From: Raillietiella orientalis
Taxonomy: Eukaryota
Reading direction: 5' to 3'
DNA length: 64,000 nt
Assembly (NCBI GenBank): GCA_036172245.1
Contig: JAYWIR010000050.1
Span: 124,001 to 188,000 of the forward strand
The position numbers were made by a program, and so were the translations under genes. Numbering within the stretch: the first letter of the stretch is position 1; each line of letters opens with the position of its first letter. Shown here one piece after another: positions 25,882 through 38,799 of the stretch. The notes under the pieces were generated by a model. The model searched no databases, was not told the DNA's origin, and was given only the letters and a program-made list of their open reading frames with translations.

Positions 25882-27594
25882 TCGCAGATTCCAACCGCCT
25901 TTTCTTCAATCTGCTTCGTGCCCTTGGAAGGGAACCTTCGAGAACATCTCTCTCACGTTGTAGCATTTTTGTTCAATCCGAAGTGAGATTTCAGCTCTCA
26001 AGGTCTTTTTCAGCCTTCCTTTGCGCGGAAGGCACAGATCTTTGGTGAACTAGCTGAAAAATCGGGAACAGGAAAAACAGCAGCCTGTGCACTCGGAACA
26101 CTAAGCGAAGGAAATGATTAATTCGCAGAGGTGACTTTGGAGCACGCCAACAGGCATGAGGATTGCTGAATATGAAAAAACAAAAACTAAGACTGCAGAA
26201 GGTAAAGATGAGCAGCTGGGGGGCGAATCCCTATGGAGCTGGAAAGAGAGAAAAAAATGTGCAACGGAAATGTAAAAATTGACGCAATTTAGGTGACGGA
26301 AGATGGAAGGCAGGACAGACACCGAACGAAATCCACGTGCGGCTCACTTTACCATACTGAGGTCAGCTGGTGCGCCGGAGGCAATCTACAAACGACGAAG
26401 CGAAACTCGAGCAATGCGGGCGACGATCTCCAGCTTCTTACCAGAAGCGCCAACGTGGAGAGCGATTGCATACGGACGCAGAGAGAACGGAGAATGCGAA
26501 TCTGTGTTCACCGCCCTTCTCCGTTTCAGAGCAATCCGTGATGCTGAGGAGATCTTCAGGATATCTTCAGCGCCAACAACAGTAAAAAGGAACACAAGCT
26601 GCGATCTGCTTACAGAAGAGCAGCAATACGGTGACGTCCCCATCTCACTGAAAGGGACGCACAACGTCCAGAATGCGCATCGGCAAAGTGAAAGTGTTGT
26701 ACAGACATTGATGCACGAAAAGTGTGTGTCGCATAATGTTGAAGTGAGCTCCCCATCCAAAGCGTAAACACCCATTGAAATGGGAAGCTGCCCGTTCGCT
26801 GTACTCCCGACTGTTTGACCGCACACACAGCAATAGCAAGAGAACTGATGAAAGGACTTGCAAAAAATGCAGAGGTCATAGTGCAAGATGGATGCCAGTG
26901 AAACAGTGCGAGGATCCTTAGTGCTCAAAGGGTGAGCCGAATCCGAACTGCAAATGATGGGTTCAGAGATGCCGAAAAAAGAAATGTGCAGCAGTCCATC
27001 CGTTCGAGTAAGGAGTGCTGCAAAAGATTTATTTTTGAGAAGAACTTGATTGTCTTCCAGTCATTGCAAGTCAAAGCGTCGCGAGCACTCTTCCCTGCTC
27101 CCAGTGTCGACCAACAACCTCAGCATACACCCCACAAATGCTATTTTCCCGAGGTGGGGAGAAGAAAACTAACTTTTGAGTGCGCGTTCGCATACGGCCA
27201 CTTGCCATCAGCAAGGGAAAGAGCAGGGAAGCCGTGTGTTTTCTCTGCTGGAAAGGAAAACTGAGACTCCAAGCAAACGGACTTTCCACTCGCAGTCTCC
27301 GAATTCGCCGTGCCGACAGCGCGCCCACTGCAATCGTTCGCAGCAGAAAGGGCGGATGGCAGCCTTTGTGATTCGCAGCAAACGCATATGCAGGACCTAT
27401 CCTCATCACTGCAGAGGGGCGCCTCCTTTTTTTTCTTCCCTGCACACGCCAACTCTCAATTCCCAAAACTTTTTTCCTTCCTTCGTGCGACTCCCGGGAA
27501 CGTACGCTGCCGTGTCGTTCAACTTATACTTTCTCGCCTGTAAGCACTCAAGAGTTCAGGGAATCCCATCGTAGGCGGTCCCACATATGGCAGG

Positions 27595-28238
27595 AAATCA
27601 CGCACGCCTTGTTGATCGACGACTTGCACTCAAGTGGCTCAAAGATCTCGCATAGCCTTCGTTGGCGGTGAGCTGGCAGCACCTCTCGCAGCAATTGGGA
27701 GACCCGCGCGGAGGAAAGAAAGCTTCAGCCCCCTTCTTTCTTTCTTCGGAATCCTGTCCACCATGGATGGTTCCAGGAAACACCGTGACACGATGCAGAA
27801 GGTTTCAGGCGGAACGCGCGTCCCGAACCCGCGCATGGTGAGGATGTTTGTGCTTTCCGTTACTGCAGTCACGCACTTGGAGAGGAAGGTCTTCCGAGAT
27901 GGTGTGCGAGGACGGCGCTGTGGGTGCCCTCTTCCGATAAAACCGACTGTTGCGAGGAGGAGCGCCAATTCAGTGGCCGTTCCCTTCGCCCCAAAACGTT
28001 GGCGCAGTAGGCTGCTACTTCAATCCCTTGCTCTCCTTGGGAATGCGCAATCGAAGGTCGGAAGCGGTAGACGGGGTTGCCATGGACCCGCCGTTCCCCA
28101 CTTCATTCCAGGGGGATGGAACTTTTCCAGAGATCCCGCAATTTCGGGTCAATGGCGGTGTCGCGAATCGCGTGGACATGTCGCTCCCCCTTTTGCTTGA
28201 CTTGCATTTTGCGTTGTCGTTTGTTTCAGTGGCTGCTG
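27595..28238 (-). repeat. Nested repeat, copy A-right
   Basis: Mirror of A-left. Confidence 0.95.
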
Positions 28239-31200
28239 CTGGTAGTGGTCGTGGTTGGTTTCCCTTTGAAGCACGGCGAGACTTTCCAGCTTGAATCGCT
28301 ATTGCGATCTGCTTCTGATCTGCTGACATTTCTTGAATTTTATGGGGAATGTTTCTTCGTCCTGGAGGCCCCCCCCGTTCGAGAAACTGCCGATCCTCGT
28401 AGTATTGATTGCATCCAAGGATGGGGTCCAAAACCTACCCTGGTACCCAAAAGAGTAAACTGCTCTATAATTGCGGCGGTGAGAAGTGATTAACTTGTGG
28501 ATATGTCTTCTGTTTTCTTTCAGACTTTGAACGGAAAGGAACGTTCTGTGACGCTGCACTTCTTCGGAGGTTACAAGGAATGCGGGTGCACACTTGTTTC
28601 CACGTAAGGAACTTCCTCTTTTCCTTCTTCCTGCGTTGGTTCATTGGTGCTCCCTCTCGAGTGGGCCGTGCGCACAATTCGGAAGATTCCTCTGAGTTTT
28701 GGATGTGCATCAGGGCAATGCTCTTTGTCTGATCGGTAATCGCATGTGCTTTATCGTCTGCGCAAACTTCTCATTCAATCGATTCTTCGTGGTGCTTTTC
28801 AGAGAGATCTTCTTCCAGCCTCTCTGTTCTGATTTCTTCTTTGCCAACAGCGGCCCTTTGTGCTTGAAATGAAGAGTTGAAATGGAAGCTGCTTAAACGC
28901 TCTTCGCGGTCCATTTCCGGAATTACACGTCTCTGGAGATTGGTGCTTCCCCTCTGAGCTGGCGTGCGCTTCGTTCTTATCTGCAGACTTTTTCAGATAT
29001 TCGCGAATGAAGAATGGGGACATTGAAGTGACCACACCGCTCGTAGTGTTGTGCCAGTTTCCCGCCAACGTAAAGTGTTGGGTGACATTCAGAGCAACGT
29101 AGGCGTCCAGATGGCAATGTGGCGTGAAATGAAGCGTTACTATTCTTCTGCTTTGCAGAGCAGGAATAAAACAGCCATCACTTTTTTTTCCTTTTTCTAT
29201 TGCAAGTGCGTTTTAGGGTGTAAAAGTAAATATCCTCTGATGTGGGTGCACAGCATCTTTTCGAAAGGAGACGGTTCCATGGACTTCGTTTGTTAAAAAC
29301 ATTTCGCAGTCGCTTCACGCACGTCATTTTTCATGAGTATGCTTTCCGTCACCTGAAAATCACCTCACGGCAAAGGGGGTCAACCGTTGGAATCTTTGAG
29401 CACCCTATTCAGGAAACGCTGACTTCTTTGGTTGTGGGCATATGTTGTCCAACCGATGATGCAGTGCCTCGGAAGACCATTCGCCCTCGTGGATGCAGGA
29501 ATCAATTGCTGGAAGAGGTTCACAGTCAGTCTGGCACGTTGGCTTTCCTTTCCGAAGGTTACTCTTACATTTATTTACAGTCAGCGGCAACGGCAGTGCG
29601 ACTTTGTAGCAGAAGGAGTCACAGAAGAAGAAGCTGTCATCTCACGCTGCATTTATATGCGATGAATTTCGCGCTTTTGCGGTTTTCAATGATTCTGCTG
29701 TAGTTTTTCATCGGATGCTGTGAGATGGCGGTTTGTTTGCAGCTTTGCTTCGCCACTCCCAGTGCGTGCAGAGGAGAGGAAATCTTTTTCGTGATTTGCA
29801 ATCGTGCTCAGCATCCCCAAGGGAGAACACGCAGTTTCTTCGCCCTGTATGAAGCGGTGTGGGATCACTGCCAATACGGACTTCGATTTCCGTACACTCA
29901 GTGTTTTCCTTTCATCGGAATTCGCGTTGGGCAAAAAGCTGTTCCAGGAACACTTGAAATCAAGCGAATTCCAAGCTCCTCGTCTTTGTTCATGCAGCGC
30001 TCCCATTTATTAGATACGTCAGCCTCAGGAGAGGATGCGCAGAATGATGTCTCCTCGTACTCGTAGGACTGGTATACGTGGCAGCCACCCTTAAATGCAG
30101 ATAGAGACTTGATTGAGTAGAGGAAAAGCTTGGATAACGTGATGGACCGAGCAGGGTGCAATTCTAGCCTCGCCTGCTAACCTCAAATTCATTTGTCTTC
30201 CGTTTCCGTAGAGCTTTCAGCGCATGGTTCCCCTACTTTTGATCTCGCGCCTTCATCCATCCACTTCAGGGACAGTGGGCACTCGCGCGCCACTTGAAAT
30301 TCCCCCGCACGGGAGGGTTTTCGTGATGGCTATTCCGTAGCACTTATCAGCAAAAGGGAAGATCTATATCTCGGCGTTCGATGCGAACTCACCTGAGCAT
30401 TTCATGAGAGTCTTACCTTCAGCTCAGCTCATTTCTTCTCCGTGGACCACTCACGTTGTATATGGCTCGCGTCTTCTGTGGCCGCATTCAAAACGCTGCA
30501 AGGCGCTGGCTGCCTCCCACAAAGCTGGCGCGCACAGGGCATTCGACGAGCGCCGTGAAGGAGACTGCGTGGGATGCTGTATTCAAGGCGACGTCCACTT
30601 GAGAGAAGAAACGCGGAGCATCTGTTTCAACTCGGAAAGACGTCGCCTCGCATCCGGCGACTTCTTCGCCGCTAATAAGAGATGCCCAGTTTATGAGGAT
30701 TAGAATCGGCCGAGAAGAAGGGCACTCGACCATGTGAAATTGGGGTGCCTGCTGACGAGGCCACGTGGTTGCGGTAGTCTCCGGGTGTGGCACCATCAAG
30801 CTTCGCGGGTAAAAACACTGGTCTAGAATGGACAAGAAGTAATGGAAGGTGGGTCGTGGCTACGAGTTGTTCCTGCAGCATGACGTTGGTTCACCTATAT
30901 TCATACGGATGCGGCAAGGGTAGCGTTAAGAAGTGGATGATTTGGTTGAGTAAACATCGGAATTTGATCTTATGATTCTATGAAGAATCAAATAGTGGAA
31001 GTTGTCTTTCGGTTGTGCAAAGGAGCGGTACTCAATCCAGGGGGATCGTTCGTGGAGTAGGTGTGTCGCCCTCAGAGTGCACGGAAGCGTGCCGCTTGCT
31101 TTGGAGACAGTGCCCTTTTGAAAAAAAAAACCACAGACATTCCTTCGAGCTTTTCTTCGGAGGGTGAAACAGGAGCGGTTCCTTACGGGTGCCTTTCGGA

Positions 31201-31339
31201 CCAGGGAAACGGAAGGCACTCCACCGGGACTCCCTTTGGACGCAACCAGTGTATAGATGATCTTCATTCCATGGATCTCTATTCAGACGTGAGAGAAACG
31301 AAATCCAAGGCTTTCTTGGATTCTTAAGGAGGTACCCTT

Positions 31340-32100
31340 CTGGGATATCCCCCATCCTTGAGAATCGCACGGGTGCTCGAGTGAAGCGGAACAGTGTGCA
31401 GGCAGTCTTCATAAACATGATTAACGAGAAGAAGTGAGACGAGCGGTCTGTGTTTTGTTGCATGGGAGAATGCCGAAAGATTACAGACCTCGGCTGACGT
31501 TGCTGTGCTATGAATTCAAAGAGGGTGAGGTATGGTCAGTTGAGAGAAGGATCAAGAATAATCCAGCAGGTAAGTATTAGCGTCGGAAGATCGCAGAAAA
31601 GCGGTATTGCCAGAGTAATGTGAGGACAGTAATATGAGAAAAGGCGAAGGGAAAGAGGGTATGGGGAGACGAGTAGAGGTTGGGATACCCTCGAGCTTTG
31701 GATTTCCTTTTGGCAATGATAGTAAGAAAGATGAGCCTTTGTCGAAATGATGGCGAGATTTACTATTGAGGAGGGTGTTTTTCTTCCAATGTTCTTTCCG
31801 TGAGGACACCCATGAAAAGTATATGACTCAACCCTGACCGATACGATGGAGCAAGTTCCTAGTTTCCTTATGAGGGATCCAGGACCTCGGAAAATGGAAG
31901 ACAAAGATCATGGTCGACACCAAAACGGGAATGGTGAAATGAGTGGCTCATTTTGTCCTGTTTGAAAGAGCATGGTCCATCAGTGATGAGCAGATGTCAG
32001 TTGCGGTTGAGTTTTGATACTGAAACGGTGGTTTTGAGGTTTCGTACCATCATTACTGAAGTGAGCACAATGAGGAAACACTGAAAGGATTGAGGAAAAA
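31340..32100 (+). mobile_element. Possible very old non-LTR RT relic in the inner arm (mirror ~10055-10815, minus strand)
   Basis: KDYRPRLTLLCYEFK, VGRS, FGFP and FTIEEGV occur in the order of LINE RT motifs, but across several frames and stops. By-eye match only. Confidence 0.35.
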
Positions 32101-33764
32101 TGGAAACCGTGTTTGCTGATGCTTTTTGATTGAAAAAATGTGTTCTAAAATGAAGGGAGTGAGTAAGAGGTTGCGAGGCAACATGGTCCAGCTCTCACCT
32201 GCGTCGGATGATCTATCAGTTTGTCTCTTAACATTGGGGCAGTTTTCGAAGAAAGATGGCTGAAAAGAAGGGTGAAGTCTATGACAACGTGATATGGGGA
32301 ACGCACTGTGGACTCATGGAAAGGGTACGCATTCGTCGGTTTCAATTTCGCTAATTGAATTCTCGATTGAATATCGAACCTGCTGAGGAGGCAATCTTCA
32401 ACAAGTAAGCCATTCGTTTCAAGAGATAATGCTGTGGTTGGTGTGCTCTCGGTAGAAAGCGAAGCAGCTTGACCTCTGTGTAGTTGAACCGCTATTTGGA
32501 AAGTGACTCTCCCCTTTGAAGTCTGTTCATCGGCATTTCGAGTGATGGTTTGTGAGGGTCGCCTTGAAATTATGATGAAATTTGCTTCCGATACATTTGA
32601 AATAGAGAAGGGGAGCTCTGTTCGTGGAAGTGTTCTGAAGGATGCCGCCAACGAAAATTTTTGAAGGTATTTTGCTTCCTTCTTTTTTCACATTTGTTCA
32701 GGGAATCATTATTTTTCGATTTTCTTAAAAATGGTCACGAATGCTGATGCCGTGATAGTAAATTTTGCAGAATGCAGGATGAATTCGAAACTATTTGCTA
32801 TTTCACGAGAGGTCACCGGTGTAGCCGACGACAATATAACGTCGGCTGCCAGGTGACCTCATCTTCCAGAAGACGCTTGGAAGATGTGCAGCATCCCAGG
32901 CGGGTTCTGAACGGAAGGAACGACCGAAGCCAAGGATTGCGGTCCTTAAGCTTCCTGCCACATATTTTTTTGTGTATTCTCTTATATATTGAGTTGTGGC
33001 CCCTTACTGCCGTTTCGGACTTTCGGTTTTACCGACCTGCGTGTCAGGGAGCTCTCTCTCCGTTTTTCCGCATCCGTTGTTTGGAAACATTTTTCCCAGA
33101 TAGTTTCGAAATAAACGCCATGACACATCTTGCTGGAAATGAATGAGCTGCACGCGCAACTTGTTCGACGGCGACCGGAGGGTCGAAAACAGCACCACGT
33201 TTTCCTCGACTAGCACCTGCATGCTCGGGTGCGTTGCCGGGACAGGATGCTGTCGAAGTTGTGGGACCACCTCCGAATCGAGTTCCAAGTGCCTCCACTC
33301 CAGTTAGACCGTCCTTCCTTCACATGGCATATACCGGGGGACTGATTGCGCTTTTCCGAGGATGTGAACACCTCCATGGCTTCTTGCAAGTAGCAGCAGT
33401 GAGGAGTCTCGATGTCAGGGAGGCTGCCAAGCACTCGGCCCGACAGTAATGCAAAAGATCCCCGTGCGCTGCCTCTTTATCGGTTCCTGAAGGAATATGC
33501 GGAACGAGCAAGCGTTTTTGAAGGCACGGCCATGGCAAAGGCAGCCAGATATGCTTCGACTGGCGAAATTTCGAGCGGGACGGTGCGCAAGGCCTGGCAG
33601 TCAGTCTTGACCACCTTGGTGGACGTAAACGACCAGGAATGCTTGATCCCACCGTGGATAAAGCGCACCGTGCGCGGCTACTACTACTTTGTTTACGCAA
33701 AGGCATGAATGGAGCGGACTTACTGCAGCGCTTATTGCCAGTAGGCGCCCTAGCGATGGGATAG

Positions 33765-36310
33765 GTGGCGCTGCAGCGGCTTGAGGAACGTTATTCGACA
33801 GGCGAAATCAACAGCGCCATCGAAAACGTCCAAAAAGGAAAAGTCATAGAAGCAGGGCTTGACCGCAGAATATTATTAAAGCTCTGCGGCAGAGCTCGCG
33901 CCTTTGGTGCGGAAGATATAAGTGCTGACTCGGAAAACGGGCAAGACTCCTGACTCGCTCCGGTCAGCTAAAGTAAGGCTCTTCTGGAAGGAAGGAGACC
34001 TACTCCGCATTGGCAGCCGGTGACCGATTACGGTAGTGAATACAGACGCCAACCTGCTGGCGAAAATGTGGCCCGAGAGAATCAAACGTGTAGCCGAAAC
34101 GGTCATAAGTCCTGAGCAGACGTACGCTTTTTCGGCAGATGGATGAAAGCCAGCCTGTTCCTGGCGCAGACCTGGCTCTCAATCCTACAGCGGGGTGACA
34201 CAGCAGGCCGGGAGAATCCTTGATTTCCTAAGAGCCAGGGACAGATACTCCCTCTTTCGGGGAATGCCTCGGGAGTCCTGTTGGTCGTGGTCGATCTGCT
34301 CAGAGCTTTCAAGTGCGTCGAGCAGGAGCTCCTCCTGGAGCTTTTGGGATTCCCGACTGTCTTTCAGGCCTCTCTGAGCTTCAGGTGGCGCTCCGCGATT
34401 TCGTGCATTTTTTTCAATGCAGACACGTGTATGTAATTTTGGTGCGGCGCAGTGTGAGACAGGGCGACAGCATGAGCTGTTGCTCTTTAGCACCTATTTG
34501 GAATTGGTGCTGAAGTTGTACAGGGATTCTGTGGCTTCCCTTGGGTGCTCGTGCGTTGGTATGCCAGCCGTGTCGGCCTATGCGGATGACCCATTGCTGC
34601 GGCACCCCATGTCTGCTTTCACATAAGCACTCGAAGAATTCTTCAAGCTACTAAGCAGAGGAACACACATGGAAGTGAACAGAGAGAAGTCGAGCGTGTT
34701 TCCGGTTTGCGCGACGTCGGCTGGGCAGTCGGGCTGAGTCCGCTTGTGGATCGTCACAGTTCTTTGCGGTTGAAGTACTTCGGCGTGCCGTTTTGGAACG
34801 ATTTCCCTACGGAAGCAACTGCCTCCAGATAGCAGAATCGGCGCTTGGCCCATTCTATTAAGGGAATGGGCCGCCATTTGAAACACCTTTGTGGATCGTG
34901 TCATCCAAACCATGATTTTTGTTTGCCCTGTCACTCTTAGTATGATGAAATGGACAAAAAGTCTCCTTAGAAAAGCCTTTTGGGGGAATAAGAGTTCCGA
35001 GTCCACTTGAAAGACTTTCAACCTCATCCTCACTGCGGAAACGTTGGACTTTCGACGTTCGAACGCGTTAAAGTTCAATTGAACTTCCCAAGACCGACCT
35101 TCAAGGCACAGAACTGAACCACTTATTATTGCGTCTCTGCAGATTTGCTCTCTCGGCTTGCTGTCGGTGGCAGAAGACTCGCAGCCCTGTTTTCGTGTCA
35201 CCGCCGCTGGCTCCCATCCTGCGGCGTCCCTCTCCGCTGCTCTGGTGATAGCGAACACGTGGATTTGCTGCCTCCCTGCAAACACGTCGGCCTGCGAACA
35301 GAAAACAGTGAGGACGTGGTCCCAGTTCACCCGGGACCTCTTCGTTGGTTTCCCCCTTTCCAGGATTTCAGAAGAGCAGCGGAAGAACACTGGAGGAGGT
35401 AGGAAGTGAGCTGTGCAAGTTGGACTAGCCAGATGCCAACGCATTCGGCTCAGCGGTGTCCTCCGCTGTTAGGGCACACGGCACCTGCCTACCGGCGAAG
35501 TGGGAGGATTCCTGCGAGATCTGGTCTCCTAAGAAGCCTATGGGTGACCAAACTCCTTGCCAGCTGGCTGACGCGGCAACGGCAAGAACCGTTTTCAAAG
35601 AACTGCGACGTTGGGGCGAACTCTTCTCCATTCGGCCCAAAGAGTTGGAGATGCCCCTCGTGTTTATGGACGGAAAACATGCTTTCACTCAAGAGCCAGC
35701 AATTGGCGCCTCAGACATTCGACTGATGTCTTCCGTGTGTTATCTTCGTATGCGCATTTTATCTGCGTATGGCATTACTGGACTACAGGAAGTGCATCGC
35801 TGAACTGTGCCAGGCTACGTGCTTCAGCAGGACATGTACTAAAACTGGAACTGTGCCAGGTGAGAAAAGTAAGAGACTTCTCTTACTTTATAATGCAGTG
35901 CGTTACTCTCCGACAGTTCTGGGAACGTTTTTTCTTGTCCCTTTCGTACCCCGGGGACGATCCCAGAGACTCTTTGAGGCTCCTCTTCTTGCAGGACACC
36001 ATTGAGCCCGCAGTGGTAATCGCAGCGCTGTGCTCCGTGCGCGGTGTCGTCGCGGCGAAGTGCAACGCAAAGAGAGGTCGGAGCGATGGATATGCTCTTC
36101 TGGACGTCATTTGCATCCTGCATATAGCTTGGAGGTGAAAAGGGAAAAAGGAAGGAGGAGGAGCTCGCAGGCAGTCTCCCACAAGAGTGGGAAGCTAGCA
36201 ACTACGAAATATTCACTTCTCCTCTCCCAATGAATTTTTCTTCGTTAGTTCTTATTGTTTGTTTTAGTTTATTCCTGTTTTTCTAGTTTCCTCTGATTCC
36301 TTTTCCCCTT
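33765..36310 (+). mobile_element. Decayed family A ORF2 (RT to C terminus) with T-rich 3' tract
   Basis: PITVVNTDANLLAKMW, ISPEQTYA, VVVDLLRAF, VRQGDSMS, VSAYADD and AALCSVRGVVAA, with many frameshifts. Confidence 0.88.
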
Positions 36311-36584
36311 AGTGGACATGATGTGCTACGCTGTCCACCCCTTAGTTTTCGTGTAATAATTGGAATCGGCGAGCCTTTTGGCTCCATTGATCCTTCTAAG
36401 AGAAATAAATGCCCTGGAGCACTATGTGCGAAATCCTGGCGCCGTTTCGCAGTTTGTCTCCGGCGAAAAAACGGCGCAGTAGGTTGACGGAGCTGTTCTG
36501 AGGCTGATGGAGTGCCGTAACTAATCTTTGCATGTTCTGTTGAAGAGCACTGCACGACAGGAAGTGTTGCGTCAATTGAATCCC

Positions 36585-37310
36585 CAGACGGAGGAAAAAA
36601 GCCTTGAAAGTGTTCCACACCGTGGCTCGTTTCCACAATTGACACTTGTCTTCTTACAACGGGCTGATGGCCTGCTCTGCCTCCTGGAGGCAGCTGCACC
36701 ACTGCGTTCCTACGACGCAGATGTCTCCCAGCACAACGCAAGGTACTTCAAGTACCTACCCTTGAGGATACTAGGTGGATTTAGACGGATTTTGCTCCCA
36801 CGACTCACCCCGATGGCTCTTGCTTCGATCCACGAGCGCACCTGCTCTCGATGCATCACCTTGATCAATTCCTCGAAGCCGGACGCTGGAGTGGAAAAGG
36901 GAAAGCAGGTCGTTCGCGGAGGCGGTCTCTGCAGGCGTACCTCCACAAGAGCTCGACTGCTCAGCGTGCCTCAGTCTGCACGTCCTCAGCACCAACTCTC
37001 ACGCAGCGTTCCCTGTTTGCCGTGGTTACATACACATGCCTGCGTCAGCGACTCCATTGGCTTCCAGGCTTTGGCAGTCAACGCGTCCCTGGAGCCCGAG
37101 AGGGGTGCGTTTGAAAAGTGGACTAGCATCCGTTGACCTACCTGCAACAGCATAGGTGACCCACAGAATTTGGCGCGAGTCACGGTTTCGCTATACACCT
37201 TGAAGTGCGAATCCATCAGCTGAGATAGCGGTGGTCTCCGCCTTCCGACAGGACATGCATCTTTGCTGATCAGAAAGAGAATGGGAGATCACTCCTCTCC
37301 CTCATCAGCG
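36585..37310 (-). mobile_element. Decayed family A RT fragment
   Basis: ALMRERSDLPFSF*SAKMHVLSEGGD, TYAVAGRS, YLKYL, WCSCLQEAEQAI and WKRATVWNTF. Confidence 0.78.
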
Positions 37311-37329
37311 CCCGATGCGTGCCGAGTGT

Positions 37330-38200
37330 TTTGCGTCTCCATGCGCGAGCCTGAGTTTTCTTCGTTTTCGGTGTGGCTCTTCTTCCGCTCGGAAAATTAG
37401 CGCCAGGAAAACATCAAAAGGAAACAAGGGATCCGTTAACCCTCAGGAGATGGCGACGAGGTCCGCCAGCAAGGAGCCACTTTCCTCGACGACGATGAGG
37501 GCATTCGCCCAGGTCGCCGCCCTTGTGGCTACAAAGGGACCTTCGCTTAAAGATCTGAGCTGCAGGCGTACGTGGCAAATGGCTACATGCCTGCACTCAG
37601 GTATAAGGTGAGTGTCCGCATGTTTGAGCGGGCTGGACGCTTGTTTGGCCAGGGGCTCTAGCGTGTTGGAGTTCATAAAGGCCAGCAAGAGTCCGTCAAG
37701 CCCACGAGTGGGTGCGTCTCCTGGGAGGTTTCCAGCAAGGACGTCCTCACATACAGCGTTTGCTGCCCACGTCGCACCAGAATTTCGTGGTCCGGGAGAT
37801 TGGAATGAAAAAGGGCCTGTCGTACCTTAAAGTCGTTAATTTCCTTGAGAAATTCGTCACCGTCCACGCGCTGCTAGACTGCGAAACGCTGCTGAGGGTT
37901 ACCAAGACCACCAAAGTGGACTCGTGCAAGTGCGGGCGACGTTGGCGGATCGCGGGCAATGCCCACGCGGGTCCAGGTGGACGGAGCGAACATCCGTCTG
38001 TGGTTTTTGGGGAAAGCGTGCGCCTGTGCGGAATGAGGCCGGGAGTGATACCGTACAGCGAAGTGTCCTTCGGCCGCTTGCCGTTAGTGCTACGAGCCCG
38101 TGCGCACGAAAGAAACGTCACCGGAGCTCCAGGAAAAAATAAAAAAGCGCAAAAAACCACGCGCGTAGCCATTCGCGGGATACACGCCGCGAACTCGAAA
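37330..38200 (+). pseudogene. Decayed LINE 5' UTR plus ORF1 (ATG at ~37450, MATRSASKE)
   Basis: QAYVANGYMPALRYKV, LLPTSHQNFVV and RVQVDGANIRLWFLGK plus degenerate knuckles; homologous to 60152..61399 and 58360..58845. Confidence 0.82.
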
Positions 38201-38799
38201 ATAAAAACGTAAAATGTGGAGAAGAGCGTCCAGAAGACCGCGAGGGTGCACGCGCAGAAAGAGATTTCTTCCTCTACCTGAAAAAGGGTCGCAAAAAACA
38301 AAGAAGCGCATAGTGGAGAGGCTTTAGGCTGCCGACCCGAACGCAGCTCGCGAAGAATGCGACCCCTTCCCGAGAGGTCGCAGCGAGCCTCGGAGATCAC
38401 GAGCGATTGTGTCGAAGACGAAAAAGACTCCTACTATCGCCTTTGCGATCCAAAAGCCTCGCATCAAGGGCACGGATAAAGGCGTGGCATGCGGCCGTTC
38501 ACCTGGCACAGGAAAGTCGCGCCCGCTGGCATAGAACTCCGCGCCATCTCAACCCTCCGCGGTCAAGATGCCCCAGGCGCCTGCTGCCACCAGCACACAG
38601 CCTGTAAACGCACATACCTCGCGCGCGAACGCAGCGCCCGCCGCGACCACGGAGGAAACTGTCAAGGCGGATTCAACAGCCTCAGCAGCACCCCAAACGA
38701 CCGCAAAGGCTGTGCCTCTTACACCCGCGGACGCAGCGTCATCTCCGGAGGGAGAACCTAACTGCCACGCGCAGGAAGATGCCTGGTCGGAGTAGAGAA

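Larger units (their letters stand above)
23269..33073 (-). repeat. Inner inverted repeat, right arm
   Basis: Reverse complement of 9084-18910. Only scattered SNPs seen over most of its length; more substitutions and indels in the outermost ~1 kb. Confidence 0.98.

Noticed and set aside
9084..33073. Pure fold-back or chimeric-read assembly artefact
   Set aside because: The arms differ by SNPs, a 24-bp indel and paralogue-specific patches, have a 4.4-kb spacer, and sit inside older diverged arms. Unlikely, though only reads can exclude it.
9084..33073. Giant TIR DNA transposon or Polinton
   Set aside because: No transposase, integrase, polymerase B or capsid motifs recognised, no target-site duplication, and the left end is a rearrangement junction.
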